A stretch of 61,669 bases of DNA, filler included, from Chiloscyllium plagiosum (Eukaryota): the NCBI RefSeq assembly GCF_004010195.1. It is 3 parts of one record of this genome, joined end to end, with 100 filler letters (N's around TTAATTAATTAA, not from the genome) between each part and the next. Parts side by side here need not be neighbours in the genome. Positions count along the whole stretch, not along the records: positions 47,201 to 61,669 come from NC_057713.1; 2 more parts are not named here. One strand, written 5' to 3'. The first letter of the stretch is position 1, and every line of letters begins with the position of its first letter. Under the pieces are notes generated by a model. The model was not told the origin of the DNA and searched no databases. It saw nothing but the letters and a program-made list of their open reading frames with translations. Position numbers and translations under genes: made by a program. Below, one piece after another: positions 52,343-61,669 of the stretch.

Positions 52343-53380
52343 TAAGACCATAGGAAATAGACACAGGGGTAAATCATTCTGCCCTTTGAGCCTGCTCTGC
52401 CATTCAATATGATCATGGCTGATTTGACAATCTTCACATCCACTCTTCTGCCCTTTCTCCATAACTCTTGATTCCCCAACTGATCAAGAATCTCTATCTC
52501 AGCTTTAAATATATATAAGGACACTGCCCCCACACCACTCTATGGCAAGGAGTTTGAAAGAGACACAATCCTTTGAAAGAAGAAATTTCTCCTCATCTCA
52601 GTCTTAAATTGGTGCCCCGTTATTCTGAGTCTTCTGGTCCTAGACTGTTCCATGCAGGGAAATATCCTCTCAGCATTTATTCTGTCAAGCCCCTTGATGA
52701 ATCCTATATGCTTCAATGAAATCACCTCTCATTCTTCTAAACTTCAGTGAATAGAGTTCCAACTTGTTTAACCTTTGCTCATAAGACAATCCCTCCATTT
52801 CAGGGATTTCTAGTGAACCTTCTCTGAACTGCCTCCAATCAAATGGTGCCTTTCCTTAAGAAACTGCTGACAGTACTCCGAATGTGGTCTCAGCAGCACT
52901 TTGTACAGTTGTAACAAGGCTTCCCTGCTCTTATACACCAACCCCCACCCCACCGAAGTAAAGGTCAACATTCCATTAGCCTTCCTAATTACCTGATGCA
53001 CCTCTGTGTTTTGAGCAAATCCTCCCCATGCCCCTTTGTCTTGCAGCTCTCTGCAGTTTTTCTCCATTTAAATGATATTCTATTCTTTTGCTCTCCCTAT
53101 CAAAATGAGTAACTTCACATTTTCCCACGTGATACTATGTTTCCCAACTTTTTGCCCATTTATTTAACCTATGAATATCTCTCTGTAAACTGCTGGCATC
53201 CCTCTCACAACCTGCCTTTCTCTGTACTTTATATTGCCTGCAAATTTGACTACAGTATATTCACTTCCTTCTTCCAAGTCATTAATATTTATCGTAAACA
53301 GTTGTGGCCCCATGTGGAACGCTACTGGTCATGGGTCACCAAGCTGAAAGAGCACCTCTTATCCCTACTTGCTATGTCCC
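52343..53380 (-). mobile_element. CR1 LINE (older subfamily) 3' portion
   Basis: ORF 52810-53067 IRKANGML...YKSREALLQLYKVLLRPHSEYC; FKTEMRRNFF.QR. Confidence 0.88.
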
Positions 53381-54008
53381 CACTTCTGAACTAAGTGATT
53401 TTTTTTTGCTCTTTGAGAACAGTCAACCTTTTAAGGTCAGCTGTACTGAGTTGGAAGCCAGATTGTTGCATATTACTGAGTCAGAAGATTGTGAGATTTC
53501 AAATCACACTTCAGACCTGAACATAGAAATCAAAACTGTGAGAGAATCCAAGGAATCCTTTACTGTTACAGCCCCTACTGTTTCCATGAGATATTAAGTA
53601 TCAAGTATCTGAAGTATCAAGGCTCCTCTGGCAGCTCATTCCAAATCCATGACCATTATCACCAGGAAGAACAAGGGTAAAAGATGCATAGGAGCTTGAC
53701 AAATTGCTTTAATGCATCTTGTAGGTAGCATCCACTGTATTGATGATGAGGGAAATGATGAAGGTGGTGGATGAGGTGCCAATCAAGCAGTCAATGTTTT
53801 AACATGGATAGTGTCAAGCGATTGTTGGGGCTTCCCTCATGCAGACAAATAATGAATATTCCATCACTCCCTTGATAAGTGCTTATGCTAGACAGCTTTT
53901 GGGGAGTCATGAGATGAGTTACTCACAAAAGAATGCTCACCTTTTGAACTGCTGCTTGGGCTCAGTATTTGGATAACTGATTTAGTTCAGTTTCTGGTCA
54001 ATACTAGC

Positions 54009-54353
54009 ATGGTGGCGCAGTAGTTAGCACTAGTGCCTCACAGCACCAGGGACCCAGGTTCGAATCCAACCTCGAGCGATTGTCTGTGTGGATTTTGCAC
54101 ATTCTCCCTGTGTCTTCGTGGGTTTCCTCCAGGTGTGCCAGCTTCCCCCCCCCCCCCCCCCCGTCCAAAGATGTGCACATTAGGTGAATTAGCCACACTA
54201 AATTGTCCGTACTGTTCAGGGATGTGTGGGTTAGGTGCATTAGTCAGGGGTAAATATAGGGTGAGGGAATAGGTCTGGGTGGGTTACTCTCCAGAGGGTT
54301 AGTGTGGACTTCTTGCACCGAAGGGCCTGTTTCCAACACTGTAGGGATTCTAT
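54009..54353 (+). mobile_element. HE1-type V-SINE
   Basis: ggtggcgcagtagttagcac...ggttcgaatcc (A/B boxes), V-domain, CR1-like tail; inserted in an old second-family LINE (53640-55720). Confidence 0.9.
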
Positions 54354-54509
54354 GCAGTATATTAATTCTACGTAGGGATCCTACTTAGTATACGACCAAC
54401 CAGGCTATTGATTTGGGGATGAAAGCTGAAAATGTGTTGCTGGAAAAGCCTACCCACTGACATCCCATTACACCATCACCTCCTCCTGACCTGGGACACA
54501 CAATATCCT

Positions 54510-55330
54510 CTAGGGCCAAAGTGAGAACACTGCAGATGCTGGAGATCAGAGCTGAGAGTGTGGCACTGGAAAAGCACAGCAGGTCAGGCAGCATCCAAGG
54601 AGCAGAAGAATCAACATTTCACCCTCCATCAGCGATGAGGCTTGTGGGTCGGGGCTGAGAGATAAATGGGAGGGGGAGTAGGGTTGGGGGGAAGATAGCT
54701 GGGAAAGCGATAGGTGGATGAAGGTGAGGGAGAAGCTGATAGGTCAGAGGGGGGAGTGATGGACAGGTCCGGAGAGTGGTGCTAAGTTGGAGGCTTGGGA
54801 CTGGAATAATGTGGGGTGAGAGGAATGAGGAAGCTATTGAAATCCACATTTATCCTATGTAGTTGCAGGGTCCCAAGTGGAATATAAGGCATTCTTCCTC
54901 CAAGCGTCGGGTGGTAACAAATTTTGCGGTGGAGGAGGTCCAGGACCTGCATGTTCTTGACAAAGTGGGAGGGGAGTTGAAGTGTTCAGCCACAGAGCAG
55001 TGGGATTGGTTGGGGCGGGTGTCCCAGAGATGTTCTCTGAAACAATCTGCAAGAAGGTGTCCTGTCTCCCCAATGTAGAGGAGACTACATCGGGTTCAAC
55101 AGATGCAGTAGATGCCTTTGGTAGAACTATAGCTAAATTTCTATGGATGTGGAAGGATTCCTTGGGGCCTTGGACGGAGGTGAGGGGACTGGTGTGGGCA
55201 CAAGTTTTGCACTTCCTGCGGTGGCAGGGAAAGGTGCCAGGAATGGGGTGTGGGCTGGTGGGGGGTGTGGACCTGACGAGGGAGTCGAGAGGGAATGGTC
55301 TTTCCGGAACGCTACTAGGGACGGGTAAGG
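54510..55330 (-). mobile_element. Penelope-like element family A with GIY-YIG endonuclease remnant
   Basis: Minus strand PGTFPCHRRKCKTC (Cys motif), then frameshifted KGIYCIC*TRCSLLYIGETG...FREH (~55118-55031): a literal GIY...YIG. Confidence 0.92.
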
Positions 55331-56324
55331 GTAATGTCAGCAAGGGTAATGCTGTTGAATATCATGGAGAGTTGGTTAGATTCTCTCTTGTTGAGATGAT
55401 TAGTCTTTTTGTATATATAAAGTGGAAATTGATAGATTTCCTATTACTAGTGGTGTCACAGATTATATGAGAACGTATGGGCAAAAAGTACTGAAGTGTT
55501 TGATCAGCTTGATTATATTAAACAACAGAGCATGCTCAATGGGCTGAATGGCCTACTCCTCTTTCTATATTCTGATGATGAATGTTCGACATTTGGGTGG
55601 TATAACTGCCACTTACCACTTATCAGCCCAAGCCAGATTGTTGTCAGAGTCTTGCTGCATTTGGACATGGGTTATTTCAGTATCTGAGAGATCACAAATG
55701 GTATTGATTATTGTGCACAAGGTTTATCTTACATGTCCAAGGATGATTGAAAGATGTAGGACAGAACCTCTTATGTCCCCATTTTTGTTTCCCTAAGCCT
55801 TGGATGCATCCTCTGTGGATAAAGTGTCTTGTTAAATTTGAGCAGATGGAAAATTACTTAGTATCTCCTTCTTTCTGTTTTATCCTATTTAACATTTTTA
55901 CTTCTTCCTCATCTATTAATTTATTTTATGCAGTCAGTAACTCTGTCACACCCCCCTCCTCAAGCTTTTTGTTCCAATTAACCTAATATTCTTTCAACTA
56001 TCGTGTTTCTTCGCAAATCCTTATTTTCCATTCCCTTTTATTTTGCCTGTTAACTTTTTCTCATTCACTCTTTTCCTTCTTACATTGCTTTTCAATTTCT
56101 TATTGCATCCTCCACATTCTGACCCCATTTCAATTATATTTGTTAAGTAGAAAATTTGTAAATTTCATTTTTAGTTTTGTTTCAGCATTCAGTTCCTTTG
56201 TTATCTGTCTATCCTCAGATGATTCATCTTTCCTCATTTTGAGAATATACTTTGACAATTTTACATTTTACGCAAACCATCTCAGCCTTGAAGGCCTATC
56301 ATATATTTCTTGAATTCCTCACTA

Positions 56325-57095
56325 AGCTTTCCTTGGTTAGGCCACATTTGGAATATTGTTTGCAGTTCTGGCTGCCATACAACCTTAAGGATGTGGAGGC
56401 TTTGGAGAAGGTACATAAATGATTTACCAGAATGTCACCTGGTATGAAAGGTATTAACTATGCGGAGAGATTGGACAAACTTAGTTTGTTTTCACTTGAA
56501 CGTGAAAAATGAGGGTGACCAGACAGAACTTTACAAAGTTATGAGAGGCACAAATAGAATTTCATAGTCGGAATTCTTTTTCCCAGGCTATAAACGTCAA
56601 TTACTAGGGGACATAGGTGTAAGGTAAAGGGGGAAAGTTTAAAGGAGATGTGAGAGGCAGTTTTTTTTATGCAGAGGGTGGTAAGTGCCTGAATTCTCTG
56701 CCAGAGGAGATGGTGGAGGTGGATACAAAAACAATGTTTAATAGGCATCTTGATAGATATATGAATAGGCAGGAAGTAAAGGGATACCGACTGCATAGAG
56801 GCAAAGGGTTTTTAGTTTAAAAAGGCATCATGTGTCGGCCCAGTCTCAGTGGCGTTAGCGAGTTTTGAGATGATTTGTAGCTCAGGTTTGAGATTCTGGA
56901 TCTAGGTTTGCTCGCTGAGCTGGAAGGTTCGTTTTCAGAGGTTTCATCACCATACTAAGTACCATCCGGAGGCTCACTGAAGATGTTACCTAGTATGGTG
57001 ATGAAACATCTAAAACCAAACCTTCCAGCTCAGTGAGCAAACCTACATCCAGAGTCTCAGTGGGCCGAAGGACCTGTGCTGTACTGTTCTTTGTT
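56325..57095 (+). mobile_element. Old CR1 3' portion
   Basis: [21 protein letters not shown] motifs; interrupted by the family D palindrome. Confidence 0.85.
56853..57052. mobile_element. Palindromic PLE-derived insertion (family D) with hammerhead remnant
   Basis: Inverted arms around 56965; + arm ca-CTGAAGA-t-gttacc-tagtat-ggtgat-GAAAC-ATC; 11-bp TSD agtctcagtgg at 56842-56852 and 57053-57063. Confidence 0.82.
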
Positions 57096-57129
57096 CTTAC
57101 ATGAATGCAATTAAAGATTGACAATGTTA

Positions 57130-57408
57130 TAAAATCCCTACAGTGTGGAAGCAGGCAATTCAGCCCATCAAGTCCACACCAACCCACCCAGACCCATCCC
57201 CTATCTAATCGCTGTAAACCTGCATTCCTCGTGGCTAATCCACTTAACCCTCACATCCCTGGAAACCATGAGCAATTTAGCATGGCCAACCCACACATAC
57301 ACGGGGAAAATATGCAAACTCTACACAGACAGTTGCCCGAGTGTGGAATCAAAATTGGGTCCCTGGCACTGTGAAGCAGCAGTACTAACCACTGAGCCAC
57401 CATGCCAT
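57130..57408 (-). mobile_element. HE1-type V-SINE, internally deleted
   Basis: tRNA head reverse complement at 57340-57408; part of the V-domain missing. Confidence 0.8.
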
Positions 57409-57419
57409 CCAAGGAAGAT

Positions 57420-58370
57420 GTAATGGACAGAATGAATAAAGGGGAACCAGTAAATATTGAGTATTTGGATTTCTAAAAGGTATTTAATAAGATGTGATAT
57501 AAAAGTTTATTACGCAAGAATACGCTGATTGTGTTGGGTGTTATATTAGTATGGATAGAGCATTGATTAACTAACATGAAACAGGCCCAGGATACATAAT
57601 GATTTTCAAGTTGGCTAACTGTAACTATTGGAGTTCCACAGAGATCAGTGTTGAGATCTCAATTATTTCTGATCTAGTTTAATACCTTTGATGAAGAGCC
57701 AGTCTGTGTTCCAACCACAATTGCTGCAAATGTGAAGTTAAGTAGAAAATTAATTTATATAGAGTTTGCAAAGTGATATAGATAGATAACATGAGTGAAC
57801 AAAAATCTGACAGATGGAACATGATATCGGAAAATGTGAGGTTCTCTACTTTGGATGGGATGTCTCGGTGCATCTGTACGTGACGTTGTGACACCATACT
57901 TGAGTAATGTATATTACTTTGGTTATTCTACAGGAGATGGGATATATTTTCTTTAGGAGTAGTTTAGACTGAATCTTGGGATGAGTACTTGTCTTAAAGC
58001 AACAGTTGAGCAGGTTGGACCAATATTCAGTGAAGTTTGGAAGAGTGACTGGTGATGTAATTGATGCATATACAAGTCTGAGGAAACTTGATAAGGTAGA
58101 TATTGAAAGAATGTTACTGCACAGTTTCAATATAAGGGTCTCTCATTTAAGATGGAGATACGGTGACTCTCAGAGAAACTTTATGTTTGGAATTTGCTCC
58201 CTCAATGAGCAGTGGAGAGTGGGTCATTCAACATATTCAAGGCTGAGTTGGATGAGTTTTTGATAGGTAGCCATAATTATCGGCCAGGAAAGTGGAATTG
58301 TGACTACAACCAGATCAACCATGATCTTATTGAGTAGCTCAAAGGGCCAAACGGCTTACTTCCATTCCTA
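57420..58370 (+). mobile_element. Highly decayed CR1 RT fragment
   Basis: YLDF*KVFNK, GVPQRSVL, WNM..KCEV remnants. Confidence 0.7.
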
Positions 58371-59357
58371 AATTCTAAATCCACATGTAAAAACCTGACC
58401 ATTGTTTAACGAAGTCTGTGTTCGAGCTTTCCAAGTTGCACTGTGTAGTAACATAAGGAGCATTCAAAGTTGTTCATGATTGATGTGGTTTGAATGTTCC
58501 TTTGAAAAGGTGAAGTGATTTTATAACTTAAGATTGCTGCTCATAAGTTTGTTTTACATCTGGAAAAACAAGACAAGACCAAAAGAAGTTCAACATATGT
58601 TTATAAAGGGTGTATTTAATCAAGATTTGAGATCAAAGGATGAGCTTAATTAGCAAGTCACAGCACTCAATCATACACAGAGCAGTGAAACACTATAGTA
58701 AGACAGAGGAGAATATGAAAAAGTTGCTTAAGATTATTTTCCATTTTACCAACCAACTTCAGACTTCCTGCCTAGTGAAATAAGTGGGCATGTGAAAGAT
58801 CTACTCTAATTTGTGAGAGTTCCTTTCATAAGTCTGATAACAGCGGGGAAGAAGCTGTTCTTATGAGGCTAGTCAGAATGAATGGGCTCAGTTGTGCAGC
58901 TCTGGCCAACTCCCTACAGGCCCAGAGTTATAGATTGCACACATGGGCACTCAATACGCCCTCAGATCACCACAAGGGTTTCCATTCCAACAACAAGTAG
59001 TGTAAGAGTAACAAAAAAGGTCATCATGTATATTTGCACAAGATTTCCAGAGAGCTGCCATGGTTTTTTCATCCTGTACTCATTGCAATTCTCTGAACTA
59101 TTCACACCTTAAAGCAGAATTAATGACAGGTTCATTGGAAACAATGGTACTTGCTTTACGTAAGAAATTGTTATCACATAACCTTATGAAATTTATTGAA
59201 TATTATAGAAATCTTATTAAATACATTTTTGTAGCAGCTGTAAACCCCAGAACAGGCTCTGTCAAGTAGATGCCAGTAGCAACTATGTTCCTGATATTGG
59301 ATTTCATGACCGATTCACAAACCAATCATCTCAATGAAAAGCAAAACAGATTGTAGC

Positions 59358-59712
59358 ATCATAGAGTCAAACAGCATGGAAACTGACCCTTCAATCAAAC
59401 CAATTCATGCCAAATATAACCCAAACTGAACTATTCCCACCTGCTTGCTCCTGGCCCATATCCCTCCAAACCTTCCCTATTCATGAACTTATCCAAATGT
59501 CTTTTGTGCCTGCATCTATTACTTCCTCAGGAAGTTCATTCCACATGTGAACCACCCTCTGTGCAAAATATTTGCACCTCATGTCTTTTTAAAATCTCTT
59601 TCCTCTTACCTTGAAAATATGCCCGCTAGTCATGAAGTCTCCAACTCGAGGGAAAAGACACCCATCGTTAACCCTATCTACACCCCTCATGCTTTTTAAA
59701 ATCTATATAATC
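59358..59712 (-). mobile_element. CR1 LINE 3' fragment
   Basis: Similar to 11000-11450. Confidence 0.85.
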
Positions 59713-59855
59713 GTAAGGGGGAAAATTGTTTCTTCAGACAGGAAAGTGTTTTTAAATTGATCCAGATGGATTTTACCCATTATCAGATGGAAGAAGACCA
59801 GGGAGAAGCTTCCTAGCACTTTGTAAGGAAGTAGAATGGGCTGCTACCACTTGGT

Positions 59856-60405
59856 CAAGATTAGAGTGGTGCTGGAAAAGCACAGCAGGTCAGGCAGCAT
59901 CCGAGGAGCAGGAAAGTCAACGTTTCAAGCAAAAACCCTTCATCAGCTATAAGGCTGGGAGCCTCGGGGGTGGAGAGATAAATGGGAGGTGGGTGGGGCT
60001 GGGGGGAAGGTAGTTGAGAGAGCAATCAGTGGATGGAGGTGAGGGAGAAGGTGATAGGTCAGAGAGGAAGGTGGAGCAGATAGGTGGGAAGGAAGATTGA
60101 CAGGTGGGACAGGTCATGTGGATGATGCTGAGCTGGAAGGTTGGAACTGGGGTAAGATGGGAGATGGGGAAATGAGGAAACTGGTGAAGTCCACATTGAT
60201 GCCACAGGGTTGAAGGGTCCTGAGGCAGAGGATGAGGCGTTCTTCCTCCAGGCTTCGTGTGGCAAGGAATTGGCAATGGAGGAGGCCCAGGACCTGCATG
60301 TCTTTGGCAGAGTGGGAGAGGGAAGTTGAAATGTTCGGTCACGGACAGTGGGTTTGATTGGTACGGGTGTCCCAGAGATGTTCTCTGAAGCGCTCTGCGA
60401 GAAGT
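59856..60405 (-). mobile_element. Penelope-like element family A, GIY-YIG C-terminus plus 3' region
   Basis: RFREH...EHFN...MQVLGLLHCQ..TRSLEEERLILCLRTLQPCGINVDF; TSD ctaccact(t/a)ggt at 59844-59855 and 60406-60417. Confidence 0.88.
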
Positions 60406-61124
60406 CTACCACTAGGTGCAGATTCTAAGGATCCCTCTAAATTTTAGCCCTCCATCATCTGACTAGAAAACTCTGTACAACTGTTACAATTCATATATCT
60501 TTACTTTGTTCTTTTTTAGCTCATGTGCACATATTTAAATTGTTGCTTCCTAGTAATTTACTTCAAAATCACTTAAACTGACTTATACACTGAATGTATT
60601 CAGCGCCACTCAATGGGATGTTGTCACATGGACGAAGATAGATGAACAGTTTTGCATCTCAAAGGAAATACACATACAATCCAAGTCTCTTCCATGGTTT
60701 TCTTTTTTGTTTTTTTACAGCACTAGCATTCTCACAAATAAATTGCTAGATGATGATGTTATTCATTTGAAAATAGTAATACAGGCAGGCAGTCCACGGG
60801 AAAGATACAATTCATGTGTCTTGTATTTTTCATGCTTTCCCATGTAACCTGCCTTAAATGTGTAAAGCTGCCTGGCAGAACAATACTGAAATAACTGCGC
60901 AGAGGCCAGTATCCTGTCACCAAGTCACCCTTTGTTTACATGTGGAAAGTCCTTGACACTGATCTTTCATGGTTTTCATTGCATTGTCAATTATACCAAT
61001 GTGACATGTCCCTAATTACTATCATGCCATAAGCTACATCTCATTTAAGACAAGAGTCTGTTCTCATTAAGCTACCAAGTAGTTTGCTTCTGTCAAACTA
61101 GATAAGTAAGGCTCTTTAGATTTG

Positions 61125-61403
61125 ATTTGATTTTAAAACTGTACTTTATTCATAAAAATTTTCATATGCATATATATTCACTGAAGCAATTTTATTTTGT
61201 ACAGTCTTTACGGAGAATAAAAACATTTCTAACTTATGCAAGACTATGTTTATATATATTTGAGGCACTGGAAGGGTCCGCTAACTGAATCAATTTCAGC
61301 TTAAAGACCATAAGTGAAGATCTTTCCCTATTGTGCCTTAGTGGTAGCTGCCCCAAGCTTTAGCGCATCCCTGAACACATGGTCAGGGACCTTTGAATGT
61401 GCC
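61125..61403 (-). mobile_element. Tx1-clade LINE 3' end
   Basis: LAHSKVPDHVFRDALKLGAATTKAQ, homologous to 34470-34550; aataaagta on the minus strand at ~61141-61149. Confidence 0.8.
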
Positions 61404-61669
61404 AGGTAAAAACAATGTATGCAGATGCTGGAAACCAGATTCTGGATTAGTGGTGCTGGAAGAGCACAGCAGTTCAGGCAGCATCCAACGAGCAGCGAAA
61501 TCGACGTTTCGGGCAAAAGCCCTTCATCAGGAATAAAGGCATTGAGCCTGAAGCATGGAGAGATAAGCTAGGGGAGGGTGGGGGTGGGGAGAGAGTAGCA
61601 TAGAGTACAATGGGTGAGTGAGGGAGGAGATGAAGGTGATAGGTCAGGGAGGAGAGGGTGGAGTGGATA
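61404..61669 (-). mobile_element. Penelope-like element family A, young copy (runs off window)
   Basis: CpGs retained; similar to 46780-47100. Confidence 0.88.
61499..61534 (-). ncRNA. Minimal type-I hammerhead ribozyme motif, intact core
   Basis: Minus strand: attc-CTGATGA-A-GGGC-TTTT-GCCC-GAAAC-GTC-gatt. GUC triplet, loop-less palindromic helix III (ACGT). Confidence 0.8.

Noticed and set aside
47201..61669. Second TRHR coding exon (VTKML..., TM6-7)
   Set aside because: No matching ORF or sequence seen; gtcaccaag at ~60917 does not continue as KML. Presumably beyond the window or in a gap.

Overview
Vertebrate genomic DNA, almost certainly from a cartilaginous fish (shark). The evidence is HE1-type V-SINEs, HER1/CR1 LINEs and Penelope-like elements; a carpet/bamboo shark is my guess, not something shown. 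The only host gene is a thyrotropin-releasing hormone receptor (TRHR-family GPCR). Its first coding exon (TM1-TM5) is at 45837-46619 (+) and ends at a non-canonical GC splice donor exactly at the conserved TRHR intron position; I did not find the last coding exon in the window. The rest is mostly nested retroelement debris: CR1 LINEs, a second LINE family, Tx1 LINE ends, HE1 SINEs and a decayed Gypsy gag-pol. Most notable: (1) four distinct families of Penelope-like/PLE-derived repeats carrying minimal hammerhead-ribozyme cores, often as short palindromic insertions with 9-14 bp target-site duplications; (2) an SVA-like composite retroposon of at least 3.8 kb (YY1-type 5' end, 44-bp VNTR core, AATAAA/A-tail) inserted into a LINE RT; (3) that LINE interrupts a very old retrovirus-like pol fossil. 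Two 100-bp gaps hold an artificial TTAATTAATTAA linker. All calls are by eye; boundaries of old repeats are approximate.
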